Source: a virus
Taxonomy: Duplodnaviria; Caudoviricetes
DNA length: 38,635 nucleotides
Virus record (IMG/VR): IMGVR_UViG_3300028585_000536
Coordinates: 1 to 38,635 of that record
Strand: one strand, 5' to 3'
Of the stretch, positions 8,434 through 18,056 are shown piece by piece. Below the pieces are notes generated by a model that was not told the DNA's origin, searched no databases, and saw only the letters and a program-made list of their open reading frames with translations. The position numbers were made by a program, and so were the translations under genes. Each line of letters starts with the position of its first letter. Within the stretch, counting starts at the first letter, position 1.

Positions 8434-11058
8434 GTGAATCAAGTCCACTACAAATACACGCCATCACCGAAACAGGCCGAAGCCCACAGCGTCATGGTCA
8501 ACGAGCTCCTCTACGGCGGCGCAGCTGGGGGCGGGAAGCTGCTCGCCTACTCGACCCCTGTGCTCACGCCCACTGGGTGGACCACTCACGGTGCGCTCAA
8601 GCCAGGTGATCAGGTCTACGGTCACGACGGGCGACCCGTCACTGTGCTCGCTTCCTACACCCCGCCCACCGCCTGTCACTACCTGATCACGTTCTCCAGT
8701 GGGGAGACGATCAGGGCAGGCCGGGAGCACCTGTGGACCGTTCAGACGGACGCCGATCGTGCGAGCTTCAGCCGCGCTGACCCTGAGTGGAAGGCGCGCC
8801 GTCGTGCCGCCCGGCCCTCGCGTGCCAAGCAGAACCCCGAGCGGGGGCATCACCAGCAGGCTTCTGTGACCGCGAGAAATCAGCTCACGGCGGCTGCTGC
8901 ACGTGAAGGACAGGTCCGGGACTCGGTCTGGGAGTACACGCGGACCCTGGAGACGCATGAACTTGCTGACCTCTTCGCCTCGGAGAAGCGCAAGATCTCC
9001 ATCCCCGCCCCCGGACCGATAGAAACAATCGGCGCATGGGAGGGGGCTACCCCTCCGTGGGTTCTGGGCATGTGGCTGGGCGATGGGCACACCAAGAGCG
9101 GAGTCATCTGCCAGGGAGACGATGACGCAACCGAACTGATCCGTGTCATGAGCGCCCACGGGTTCGAACTCCACCGGGTATCCGCTGGAAAGAACTACAC
9201 GTTCAAGGATAGCCGCGGAGTCCTCATGCACCGTCACATCACGGCCGACCTGGGACACCACTCCGACCGGCGCAAGCACATCCCCTCATGGGCATACTCG
9301 GCACCGTACGAAGACCGACTCGCCCTGCTCCAGGGGATCATTGACTCCGACGGCCACGTCAACGACCGAGGTCAGGTCGAGCTATCGCTATCGGATGAGC
9401 CTCTCGCGTTCGAGGTGTCGCGCCTTCTTGCCACCCTCGGTCTCCGTTGCACACCGCAGCGGGGTTATGCCGGCTACGCGGATGTCCAGTGCAAGGACCG
9501 GTGGAGACTCAAGTTCACTACCCACCTGCCGGTCGCGCGGTACCCCCGGAAACGTGCGAAGCTCCCACTCGGATCGGAGAAGTCCGCGCGCACAAGCTCG
9601 GTCTATATCACCGGCATAGAGCAGGTGGCAGCCGATGAGCCAGCCAACTGCATCACCGTTGACGATGCCCTGCACATCTACCTTGCGGGACGGACGCTCA
9701 TCCCTACCCACAACTCGCGCATGGCCCGCGCCGAGGCAGTCATGACCGCCCTCATGGTGCCCGGTGCGAAGATCGTGATCTTCCGGCGCGAGTTCCCACA
9801 GTTGGAAGCATCAGTGGTCGAGGAGATGAAGAAGGAGATCCCCAAGGAGATCGCCACCTACAACAATTCGAAGCACACCTGGAACTTCAAGAACGGGTCC
9901 ATCATCTTCCTCCGGCATATGCAGCTGGAGAAGCACAAGGAGAGTCACCAGGGCGCTGAGTATGTGCTGGTCGTCTTCGAGGAAGCCACCCACTTCACTG
10001 AAGGCCAATACCGGTACCTGCGGAGCCGTGTGCGCGCAGCAGATGACGTGAAGGACCGACTCAAAGAACTCGGACTGATCCCGCGGATGATCCTCACGGC
10101 CAACCCTGGAGGTATCGGCCACCACTGGGTGAAGGGCCGTTTCGTGGACCCGGCACCGCCAGGGAAGATCTTCCGAGAAGCACCATCGGAGAAGCGGCCC
10201 AACCCCGGTACCCGCTGCTTCATCCCCGCCACCGTCTGGGACAACCCGCACGTCAACGACGAATACATTGACGAGCTCCGAGACCTCCCCGATGACCAGC
10301 GCAAAGCCATGCTCGAAGGCGACTGGAACGTCTTCCAGGGAGTCCGCTTCCCCTCCTGGTCGGAACCTCACCACGTCATCAGTCCAGACCAGCTGCCGAT
10401 GTCGAAGTTCATGAGCAGCGGGCAGAAGGTCATCGGGGTCGACTACGGGATCGCGTCCCCCTTCGCCGCTGTCTGGATGGTGAAGCTCCACGACGATCTC
10501 GTGTTGGTCTACCGGGAACTGCACATGGCCGAGTTGACCGCCACCGAGCAGGCCGAGATGATCCGGGACCTCAGTGCTGAGGAGGAACGCCAGATGGGGA
10601 AGAAGATCCCCATCGTCATGGACCCGTCCATGTGGCACCGCGGCGACGCCGGTGTCGCGAAGAGCCTCAACGCTGACATGCCACCAGTAGGGTCACCAGC
10701 CCACCACTACATGCGAGTCCTAGACCGGGTGCCCCACAAAGCGGTCAACACCCGTATCAACGGTGCGGCCCTCCTGGACCACCACCTGAAGGTCCGACCT
10801 GACGGGTTGTCCCGATTCATGGTCTACGAGAACTGCCGGGACTTCATCCGGACCTTCCCATCCTTGCCCCGTTCCAAGAAGAACCCCAACGACGTCGACA
10901 CCGAGGCAGACGACCACATCTACGATGCCGCCAGGTACGCCCTGATGTTCTTGGCGGGCAAGAATGTGCCCTCTGCGGATCAACGGCGCGCAGCTGCTGA
11001 CAGTCGCCCACCGGTGGTCCAGCCGCTTACTGCGGGTATTGGTTCAGCGAACTTCTGA
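8434..11058 (+). CDS. terL: Terminase large subunit containing an intein (874-aa precursor, about 482 aa spliced)
   Basis: Walker A YGGAAGGGK/S split by the intein; Walker B VVFEEATHF; TANPGG; nuclease motifs GVDYG and DDHIYDAARY. Confidence 0.95.
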   Translation: MNQVHYKYTPSPKQAEAHSVMVNELLYGGAAGGGKLLAYSTPVLTPTGWTTHGALKPGDQVYGHDGRPVTVLASYTPPTACHYLITFSSGETIRAGREHLWTVQTDADRASFSRADPEWKARRRAARPSRAKQNPERGHHQQASVTARNQLTAAAAREGQVRDSVWEYTRTLETHELADLFASEKRKISIPAPGPIETIGAWEGATPPWVLGMWLGDGHTKSGVICQGDDDATELIRVMSAHGFELHRVSAGKNYTFKDSRGVLMHRHITADLGHHSDRRKHIPSWAYSAPYEDRLALLQGIIDSDGHVNDRGQVELSLSDEPLAFEVSRLLATLGLRCTPQRGYAGYADVQCKDRWRLKFTTHLPVARYPRKRAKLPLGSEKSARTSSVYITGIEQVAADEPANCITVDDALHIYLAGRTLIPTHNSRMARAEAVMTALMVPGAKIVIFRREFPQLEASVVEEMKKEIPKEIATYNNSKHTWNFKNGSIIFLRHMQLEKHKESHQGAEYVLVVFEEATHFTEGQYRYLRSRVRAADDVKDRLKELGLIPRMILTANPGGIGHHWVKGRFVDPAPPGKIFREAPSEKRPNPGTRCFIPATVWDNPHVNDEYIDELRDLPDDQRKAMLEGDWNVFQGVRFPSWSEPHHVISPDQLPMSKFMSSGQKVIGVDYGIASPFAAVWMVKLHDDLVLVYRELHMAELTATEQAEMIRDLSAEEERQMGKKIPIVMDPSMWHRGDAGVAKSLNADMPPVGSPAHHYMRVLDRVPHKAVNTRINGAALLDHHLKVRPDGLSRFMVYENCRDFIRTFPSLPRSKKNPNDVDTEADDHIYDAARYALMFLAGKNVPSADQRRAAADSRPPVVQPLTAGIGSANF
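8539..9714 (+). mobile_element. Class 3-type intein with LAGLIDADG homing endonuclease (392 aa)
   Basis: Block A LLAYSTPVLTPTGW; block B REHLW; block F ANCITV; block G IPTHN/S; endonuclease motifs LGMWLGDG and LQGIIDSDG. Confidence 0.92.
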
Positions 11059-11063
11059 GACAC

Positions 11064-11098
11064 CCGTCCCCCAAACTGGGGAGCCCGGAACTCATGGT
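11064..11098 (+). promoter_or_regulatory. Phage late-promoter motif copy before the portal gene (leaderless)
   Basis: CCGTCCCCCA (G 11066), CATGGT at 11093, ATG at 11105. Confidence 0.75.
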
Positions 11099-11104
11099 GC
11101 CGGT

Positions 11105-12703
11105 ATGACTTCTGCACCTACGAACGAACTCGGCACCCCCGGTGGCATCAGGAGCTCCTACTCGCCTCAGGCTGCTGGGCGAAACACGTGGGAGATCGAT
11201 CCGTTAGAGCGCAGCTACGAGCTGAAGTTCCCCCACAGCATTGCCGTGTATGACCGGATGCGGTCCGAGGACGGTCACGTTGGTTCTGTCATGTCCGCCC
11301 TGACGTTGCCTGTCATCAAAGCCGATTGGCAGATTGACTCGAGCGGGGTAGATGAACGAGTCGCCCGCTTCGTGCGCTCCGAACTGGGACTGCCTGCACC
11401 GGGTGAGGCGCAGGCTCGTCGTCGCCGTCAGGGCATCAGCTGGCGGGTCCACGTCGAGCAGGCGTGCCATCAACTGTGGGCGGGCTTTATGCCCTTCGAA
11501 CAGGTCTACGGGATCGGACCGGCCAACGCCGACCAGGAAGGCTTCGACGGCGACGTCATCCACCTGCGGAAACTCGCACCCCGGTTGCCCCGCACGATTA
11601 CCCGGATCGCCACCGAAGCAGACGGTGGACTCAAGGCCATCTACCAGCAGCTCAATGATCACACCGGTGGTGGGCGCCGCGAGATTGAGATCGGTGTCGA
11701 ACGGCTAGTGTTCTACTCCCACAAGATGGAGGGCGCGGACTGGTCTGGCCGGTCGATCCTGCGCCAGGCGTACAAGCACTGGCTCATCAAAGACGTGCTG
11801 CTGCGCCTCGACGCTCAGGCCGCAGAGCGGAACTCGATGGGTGTTCCCACCATGGAGTACGACCCCGCGGAGCCCGGCCAGCAGGAAACAGCCCGACAGG
11901 TGGTGACGAACCTCCGCGCCGGCCACTCCGCCGGGGCACACTACCCAGCCGGTATGAACCTGAAGATCCAGGGTGTCCAGGGCCAGACCGTGGATCTAAT
12001 CCCAAGGATCAAGTACAACGACCAGGAGATCAGTCGCAGCGCTCTCGCCATGTTCATGGACCTCGGACACGACCGAGGATCCCAGTCCCTCGGGGAGACG
12101 TTCCACGGGGTCTTCATGGACGCGGTCCAGTCGTTCGCAGACAGCATCGCTGAGGTAGCCACTGAGCACATCATCCGTGACCTCGTCGAATTAAACTTCG
12201 GGCCCGACGAGCCCTACCCCACCCTCACCCCTGGCGATTTGAAAGCCTCCGAAGGCATCAACAGTGAGTCACTGACCCGCCTGGTCACCGCTGGTGTTGT
12301 CCGCGCCGATGACGACCTGGAGGCCTACATCCGAACCCAGAACGGTCTCCCAGCCGCTAAGGCGGAGACAGCCCGTGTGGTGGACAACCGCGCAGAGATC
12401 ATCGGTACCCTGATCCGCGCCGGCTACACGCCAGAGACAGCCGCAACGATCGCAGGCATTGAAGGCCTTGAGCACACCGGACTCGCACCTGTCACGGTCC
12501 AGTCTCTCCGGAGTCAGATCGATCCTGAGTCGGGTCTCCCGAACCCGGCGCTCAACCCAACCGAGTCCACCGGGGAACCGGCTGCAGCTCTGGGCATGGA
12601 TGGCTCACAGCCGCCGCTACCTGACGTGGACACTCTCTTGGGTCAGCTCGCGCTGGACTACCAGAAGCGGGAGAACAAGCGCGCCCAGGTCGAGGGACAG
12701 TAG
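11105..12703 (+). CDS. Portal protein, Mu gp29/DUF935-like
   Basis: Follows terL. YDRMRSEDGHVGSV, GFMPFEQVY, GRSILRQAYKHW...AERNSMGVP and IIRDLVELNFG. Start moved from 10964 to ATG 11105. Confidence 0.9.
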   Translation: MTSAPTNELGTPGGIRSSYSPQAAGRNTWEIDPLERSYELKFPHSIAVYDRMRSEDGHVGSVMSALTLPVIKADWQIDSSGVDERVARFVRSELGLPAPGEAQARRRRQGISWRVHVEQACHQLWAGFMPFEQVYGIGPANADQEGFDGDVIHLRKLAPRLPRTITRIATEADGGLKAIYQQLNDHTGGGRREIEIGVERLVFYSHKMEGADWSGRSILRQAYKHWLIKDVLLRLDAQAAERNSMGVPTMEYDPAEPGQQETARQVVTNLRAGHSAGAHYPAGMNLKIQGVQGQTVDLIPRIKYNDQEISRSALAMFMDLGHDRGSQSLGETFHGVFMDAVQSFADSIAEVATEHIIRDLVELNFGPDEPYPTLTPGDLKASEGINSESLTRLVTAGVVRADDDLEAYIRTQNGLPAAKAETARVVDNRAEIIGTLIRAGYTPETAATIAGIEGLEHTGLAPVTVQSLRSQIDPESGLPNPALNPTESTGEPAAALGMDGSQPPLPDVDTLLGQLALDYQKRENKRAQVEGQ

Positions 12704-12705
12704 GG

Positions 12706-13596
12706 GTGGACCAGAACAAGAAGCTGTTGGCGATCGTGCTTCTGGCTGATGCGGCAGACCATGACCTGATCGTGTCCCAGCAGCAGGAGCGTCGTGCGCC
12801 GTCGAATGCGGCCAGGCCCATGTTCAGCCACGAACTCTCGGCTCAGGTGCGTTTCGCTGATATCGAGGACGACGTCGACGCCGCGGTTACCGAGGCGACC
12901 ACGGCGCTCGAGGAACTCCATGCGGAGGTCAAGGACCTCGTGAACCAGGAGCTCTTCGGCGAGTCCGAGGAGGTCACCCCTGTCGAGGCGCAAACAGCGA
13001 TCCACGGGTTGACCAGCAACCAACCGGAGCAGATCCAGGAAGCGGAGTCTCGAGTCGCCCTGCTCATCGCCGGGCTACTCGCGGCCGCGTACATCGCCGG
13101 TGGCCGTCGGGTCCTAGAAGAAGCGTCACGGCAAGGAGTCTCCGTGGACTCCGGGGCTGCCGAACTCCCGGTCGAGGCGTTCCTCCCGCAGGCCACCGCT
13201 GTGGCTCAGCATCCTTGGCGCAGGATCACCGGGAAGCTTGACGCCGACCTCTCCTCCCAGGACGTCCTGATCCGGGAAAGGGTCTCCGTTCAGGAGATCG
13301 AGAAGACGTTAGACGATATTCAGATCGACGGATCGCGTGACCAAGCCAAACAGGCTACTCAGTCCAGCGCTGGCCGTGGACGTATCGACACGGTCTCCAG
13401 CGCACCCGAGTTGGAACCAGACCGGGTGTGGGCGTCTGAGCTGATGGATGGGAACCAGTGCACGTCGTGCGAGACCGTCGACGGCCGCAGATTCACAGAC
13501 TGGGAGGAAGCGCGCCGCTTCTACCCCAACGGCTACTACTACCGGTGCCGAGGGGGCGCCCGGTGCCGCGGCACACTCATCGCCGTCTTCGAGTAG
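12706..13596 (+). CDS. Minor head / head morphogenesis protein (MuF-like position)
   Basis: Between portal and protease; C-terminal SELMDGNQCTSC...C...RCRGTL. Confidence 0.75.
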   Translation: MDQNKKLLAIVLLADAADHDLIVSQQQERRAPSNAARPMFSHELSAQVRFADIEDDVDAAVTEATTALEELHAEVKDLVNQELFGESEEVTPVEAQTAIHGLTSNQPEQIQEAESRVALLIAGLLAAAYIAGGRRVLEEASRQGVSVDSGAAELPVEAFLPQATAVAQHPWRRITGKLDADLSSQDVLIRERVSVQEIEKTLDDIQIDGSRDQAKQATQSSAGRGRIDTVSSAPELEPDRVWASELMDGNQCTSCETVDGRRFTDWEEARRFYPNGYYYRCRGGARCRGTLIAVFE

Positions 13597-13608
13597 GTGC
13601 AGCTCTTC

Positions 13609-13643
13609 CCGTCCCCCACGCCAACGGCACTGAGGCGCAGGGT
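13609..13643 (+). promoter_or_regulatory. Phage late-promoter motif copy before the protease gene (leaderless)
   Basis: CCGTCCCCCA (G 13611), CAGGGT at 13638, ATG at 13651. Confidence 0.75.
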
Positions 13644-13650
13644 GCGGCCT

Positions 13651-15138
13651 ATGACCTACGTAAATGTTGAAGATGTCGCCATCATCAAGACCGGCACATG
13701 GGACGCCTCCACGGGAGAAGCGACCATCACCACCGACATGGTCGCCGACATTCACGCCGCCTGGGACTCCGGGCTTCTGAACCTCCCGGTCATCAAGATC
13801 GGCCACATCAACCCGTCCGTGGATAACCCCGACTGGGGAGACGGGGCACCCGCCTACGGGCAGGTCGACAACCTCCGTATCGAAGACGACGGGAACACGC
13901 TGCGCGGTGATTACATCAAGGTCCCTGAGGACCTGGCCAAGAAACTCGCGTCCGCGTACCCACAGCGCTCGGCAGAGATCGACTTCGGTGTGGAGCTGCG
14001 TGACCAGGACGGCGAGACCGTGCAGGAGTTTCCCGCCGTGCTGACGGCAGTCGCTCTGCTCGGAGCCTCGGCCCCCGCGGTGATGGGCCTCGACGACGTT
14101 CACACCGAATTCTCAGCCAAACGAAAGGGACTCTCCGTGCATCTCTCCGGAAAACGAACCGCGCTGTCTATGGATCTCGCCCTCCCCGGGGGCAAGACCT
14201 CCCGCGAACTCGATGAGGCGCTCCGAAGCCTCGTCTACGGGCTCCGCGATCGCAGCGAGGACGAGTGGTACTTCCTCATGGACTGGACCGATGAGTTTGC
14301 CTACTACCAGCACGAGGACATCGAACCCAAGACCTACCAGCGTCCCTACGTGGTAGCCGAGGACGGCACCCTCGACTGGGCCGGCGAGGCCGTTGAGGTC
14401 GTCGCTAAGCACAGCTTCGAACCAGTCTCTGCCCCGTCCAGCACTCCCCCTGAAACCGTCCCACAACCGGAAGCTCAGCTCTCCCATTCTGACGGTACGG
14501 ACACCACCTCGCCGGTGGTGACAACCGCTACCGAAGGAGCAAAACCGATGCTGAGCGATGAGGCCCTGAAGGGCCTACGTGAACAGCTCGAACTCCCGGA
14601 GGACGCTACTTCTGAGCAGATTCAAGAAGCCGTCAGCCGGGCGTTCGAAGCTAATGACACCACCGGCGATCAGAACGCTGGTGGAACCAACAACGAGGCC
14701 GGCGAGCAGGGCGCAGCAGGCTCCGCCCCAGCGAACCTGGACGAGGTGGCGTCCATCGCCGCAGCCAAGGGTGGACCGGAACTGGTGCAGCTTTCCCGCA
14801 ACCAGCTCAACGCTGTGCTGACCCGCAACTCCGATCTTGAAGCCCGCCTCTCACGCATTGAGGCGAAGCAGACCGCAGAGTTCGTGGACGCACAGATCAC
14901 CGAGGGCAAGCGCCGGGGCAAGATCCACCCCAAGGATGAGGGCGCTTGGCGCGCAAGCTTCGCAGCCAACGCCAAGGACGCCGCAGGCCTCCTGGCGCAG
15001 ATCACCCCCACCATCCCGGTCTCCGAGATCGGGTCCACCCATGCAGCGTTCGCAGCCGCCGACACCGATGTGGACGACCAGTCCCGCGGAGAGCGTCGCC
15101 GCCTGATGAACATCCCATCTGAAAGCGAGGCCAAGTGA
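13651..15138 (+). CDS. Mu I-like capsid maturation protease with C-terminal scaffold
   Basis: PVIKIGH, PAYGQV, YPQRSAE and LTAVALLGASAPAVMGL are typical of Mu-type proteases; helical, acidic C-terminus. Confidence 0.85.
   Translation: MTYVNVEDVAIIKTGTWDASTGEATITTDMVADIHAAWDSGLLNLPVIKIGHINPSVDNPDWGDGAPAYGQVDNLRIEDDGNTLRGDYIKVPEDLAKKLASAYPQRSAEIDFGVELRDQDGETVQEFPAVLTAVALLGASAPAVMGLDDVHTEFSAKRKGLSVHLSGKRTALSMDLALPGGKTSRELDEALRSLVYGLRDRSEDEWYFLMDWTDEFAYYQHEDIEPKTYQRPYVVAEDGTLDWAGEAVEVVAKHSFEPVSAPSSTPPETVPQPEAQLSHSDGTDTTSPVVTTATEGAKPMLSDEALKGLREQLELPEDATSEQIQEAVSRAFEANDTTGDQNAGGTNNEAGEQGAAGSAPANLDEVASIAAAKGGPELVQLSRNQLNAVLTRNSDLEARLSRIEAKQTAEFVDAQITEGKRRGKIHPKDEGAWRASFAANAKDAAGLLAQITPTIPVSEIGSTHAAFAAADTDVDDQSRGERRRLMNIPSESEAK
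14456..14490 (+). promoter_or_regulatory. Internal copy of the late-promoter motif inside the protease gene
   Basis: CCGTCCCACA (G 14458) and CATTCT at 14485, upstream of GAAGGAG and in-frame ATG 14548. Confidence 0.7.
14548..15138 (+). CDS. Nested in-frame scaffolding protein (Mu Z / lambda Nu3-like)
   Basis: Strong RBS AAGGAG, in-frame ATG (MLSDEALKGLREQLELPEDAT...) and its own promoter motif. Confidence 0.7.
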   Translation: MLSDEALKGLREQLELPEDATSEQIQEAVSRAFEANDTTGDQNAGGTNNEAGEQGAAGSAPANLDEVASIAAAKGGPELVQLSRNQLNAVLTRNSDLEARLSRIEAKQTAEFVDAQITEGKRRGKIHPKDEGAWRASFAANAKDAAGLLAQITPTIPVSEIGSTHAAFAAADTDVDDQSRGERRRLMNIPSESEAK

Positions 15139-15512
15139 TGCCTGCAAACGTCGCAATCCCCTACTTCAAGCCCGGCCATGACATCACTGTCCACGCGACT
15201 GTCGCGCTGACCGGTAAGACCTTCGTCCAGGCGGTCGCTGGTGGTCGGGGCACCCTCCCTGATGCTGCTCCGGCCACCGCCGGTGCGCGTGTCCTTGGCG
15301 TGGTCGGTCACGACATCGCCGCCGAAGGCCACGTCCACGTCAACGTCGGCGGGATCGTCCCGGTCACCGCCGGTGTCGACATCACCGCCACTGACCCCAT
15401 CGCCGTGGGTGAAGGCGGCACCGCTGTCCCCGCTGAGGCAGAGGCAGAAGTCGTCGGATACGCGGTCGCTAACGCCGCTTCCGGTGCTGACGCCCCTGTC
15501 CTCCTGAAGTAA
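15138..15512 (+). CDS. Capsid decoration / cement protein (DUF2190-like)
   Basis: Small Ala/Gly/Val-rich beta protein directly before the major capsid gene; TGATG coupling. Confidence 0.8.
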   Translation: MPANVAIPYFKPGHDITVHATVALTGKTFVQAVAGGRGTLPDAAPATAGARVLGVVGHDIAAEGHVHVNVGGIVPVTAGVDITATDPIAVGEGGTAVPAEAEAEVVGYAVANAASGADAPVLLK

Positions 15513-15544
15513 CCCCGGATCACTCACCAGAAAGGGACACGCAA

Positions 15545-16429
15545 GTGCCTACTACAGCTTTTTACCCTCCCGGCCAGATCGCACCACAGGTCGCCGACTA
15601 CCTCCAGAACCCCACTGAGATTCGCCAGGACCTCACTGATCTGATCGCCAAGGCCACGATCGCCGACTACGTCTTCGCCCAGGGACCCGCCAATAACGGC
15701 GCGGTCGTATACGACGAGGTCACCGGACGGTCCGAGGGTGAGCGCGAGGCTGAGGTCATCGCTCCCGGCGCGGAATTTCCGATCATCGACGATGAGCAGG
15801 TCACTCCTCGTACGGCGAAGGTCGACAAGTACGGTGGCGCGGCCCCCGTGACGTGGGAGTCCCGTGACTGGAACGAGTGGGATGTGGTGCAGCGTCAGCT
15901 TCGAATCCTCCGCTCCAAGGTCATCACCAAGGTCAACCGAGTCTCAGTCGCGGCTCTGACCCGGAACCAGAACCTCCGCAGCTACGGTGCATCCTCCTGG
16001 GGATCCACCGGATCTGACCCGGTGGGTGACATCATGCGAGGAACCTCCCTGGTGGAGTCCGACGAGGACTTCCCCTACCAGGCGAACGTCGCCCTGGTGA
16101 ACCCGCTGGATAAGCAGGAGTTCCTGCTTTCCCGGGATATTCGTGACCAGTTCCCGCGGGAAACCCGTGAACTGAACCCGGCCCTTTCCGGTGACATCGA
16201 CGGGATCGCCGGGCTCGAGTGGATCGTGTCCTCCGCGGTCCCGGTGGGCACCATCTACGCGATGGAACGCATGGTTGTCGGTTCGGTCCGCGACGCCGCC
16301 AACGGTGTCCAGACGAACGTCTACCCGGACAACGACCGCCAGCGCGACATCATCCAGGCCTGGCGCCACATTGTTCCGATCATCACTGACCCGCTGGCTG
16401 CGGTCCGGATCACCGGATTCCGTAGCTAA
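15545..16429 (+). CDS. Major capsid protein
   Basis: Position, AAAGGGA RBS, 294 aa; EVIAPGAEFP, KVDKYGGA and PIITDPLAAVRITG. Confidence 0.88.
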   Translation: MPTTAFYPPGQIAPQVADYLQNPTEIRQDLTDLIAKATIADYVFAQGPANNGAVVYDEVTGRSEGEREAEVIAPGAEFPIIDDEQVTPRTAKVDKYGGAAPVTWESRDWNEWDVVQRQLRILRSKVITKVNRVSVAALTRNQNLRSYGASSWGSTGSDPVGDIMRGTSLVESDEDFPYQANVALVNPLDKQEFLLSRDIRDQFPRETRELNPALSGDIDGIAGLEWIVSSAVPVGTIYAMERMVVGSVRDAANGVQTNVYPDNDRQRDIIQAWRHIVPIITDPLAAVRITGFRS

Positions 16430-16463
16430 CCAGGTCACCAGCAACTAAGGGAAGGCAGAGCTG

Positions 16464-16997
16464 ATGGCTCAGAACACACGCAGGAATCAGAGCACCACGA
16501 GGACCGCACCCGCCAAGCAGGCGCAGGAGAAGCTGGTTGAGGAAGCGATCGTGGAGGAAGCCGACGACACGACCCAGGCTGCGGCCGGGTCCACCGCCGA
16601 AGACACCACTGAGATCGTGACCGAGGTCCAGGGGGGTGGTGAATCTGAGGTCCTGAGTGTGGAGCCATCAGCCTCTGCCGACCCTGACCCTGAGCTTGAC
16701 CCCGCTACGGTCCCCGCGGAAGTCGCGGCCCCTGGTGGGCTGCTGGCGAAGTTCGTGGACCCCACGACCGACCCTGTCGAGGCCGCGGCTGTGGCTGCCC
16801 CTCCCGTGCAGGTGAAGCCCACGGGCACCACGATCGATGCGGGTGAAGGTGAAGCGCAGGCCATCGTGATCGCTGACGTGTATAGCCTCATCGCCGCTGA
16901 TGGCAGCCGGGTCTACGCCCGCAAGGGAGACGTCATCACGACCACTGCGAAGAAGGTCAACGCCGGGATCGCGAACCGTCTGCTTCGGAGCGCCTGA
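16464..16997 (+). CDS. Hypothetical virion-associated protein with acidic low-complexity N-terminus
   Basis: RBS AAGGGAAGG; lies between capsid and adaptor genes. Confidence 0.7.
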   Translation: MAQNTRRNQSTTRTAPAKQAQEKLVEEAIVEEADDTTQAAAGSTAEDTTEIVTEVQGGGESEVLSVEPSASADPDPELDPATVPAEVAAPGGLLAKFVDPTTDPVEAAAVAAPPVQVKPTGTTIDAGEGEAQAIVIADVYSLIAADGSRVYARKGDVITTTAKKVNAGIANRLLRSA

Positions 16998-17000
16998 CCC

Positions 17001-17588
17001 GTGCCCGACAGCGCCGAGACCGTTGTTGCTTGGGGAGTCACCGTCAAAGATGTTGTGGCGCTGGCTTCCCAAGCTGACGTGACCCTCGACCCGACACAGG
17101 GAACCATCGTCCAGACCGATGACGATGAGTTCGCGCGGCCCAACATCGCCCGTCGGATCACCGTCGGGGATGTGACCACGTGGATCAATGACGCGGCCGC
17201 TGTCGTGGACATTGCGCTGCGTCGCCGCTCACGTCTCACCACGGACATCCAGGGCAAGATCGAAGCCGCCGGGAAGTCTGTCATCGCGGTCCGGGCAGCC
17301 GCATACCTTGTCGATGCCGCATACCCGCAGCGGACCGGAGTCCAAGACCAGGCCTCTTACGGTCAGGTGCTGTGGAACCGGTACAGGCAGGACCTCGCCG
17401 CAATGGAAGCTGCGCTCGAAGACTGGATCAGCACTCCCGCCCCTGATGCGACCGGCGCGGTATCCGCTGGTGGAGGTTCGTTCCCGCCTGCGGTCTTCAC
17501 TGACCGGTTCGTCCGGGAGAACACCGGACACCTACCGGGACCATTCGCCGGTACAGCTCCTGGCTCCGAGATCCCCTACTGGCGGTGA
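17001..17588 (+). CDS. Putative head-to-tail adaptor
   Basis: Synteny; helical protein with VTVKDV...WINDAAAVVD...AAAYLV. Confidence 0.7.
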   Translation: MPDSAETVVAWGVTVKDVVALASQADVTLDPTQGTIVQTDDDEFARPNIARRITVGDVTTWINDAAAVVDIALRRRSRLTTDIQGKIEAAGKSVIAVRAAAYLVDAAYPQRTGVQDQASYGQVLWNRYRQDLAAMEAALEDWISTPAPDATGAVSAGGGSFPPAVFTDRFVRENTGHLPGPFAGTAPGSEIPYWR

Positions 17589-17594
17589 TGCCCC

Positions 17595-18056
17595 ATGATG
17601 ATGCTGATTTTCCAGGGTGACGGCATCACCCCGTTCACGATCCTGCTCGACAGGTTCTCCGAGAACATCAGCAACGCCGCACCGATCTTCGACGAGATCG
17701 CGAACGTCTTCGCCTCCTCACAGGCCCAGAACTTCGGATCCGGGGGCGGGTTCTACGGGTACTGGGCGCCCCTGACTCCGGCCTACGCGGCGTGGAAATC
17801 CGCCCGCTACCCTGGCGCACCAATCCTGACCCGAACCGGAGAGCTCCGATCCTCCATGGCCGAGCGTCCCTTCGGGATCGAACACATCGACGACAAACGA
17901 ATGGTCGTCGGCACGGCACTCCACTACGCCAAGTACCACCAAGGCGGCACCGAGAACATGACAGCTCGCAAGATCGTGCACCCACCCACACCGTCGGAGC
18001 TGCGCCAGTACGGCAACATCCTCCACCGTTTCGCTTTCCAAGGAGTCGCCGCATGA
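17595..18056 (+). CDS. Virion morphogenesis / neck protein (Mu gpG-like)
   Basis: WAPLTPAYAAWK...PILTRTGELRSS...VGTALHYAKYHQGGTENMTAR. Confidence 0.85.
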   Translation: MMMLIFQGDGITPFTILLDRFSENISNAAPIFDEIANVFASSQAQNFGSGGGFYGYWAPLTPAYAAWKSARYPGAPILTRTGELRSSMAERPFGIEHIDDKRMVVGTALHYAKYHQGGTENMTARKIVHPPTPSELRQYGNILHRFAFQGVAA

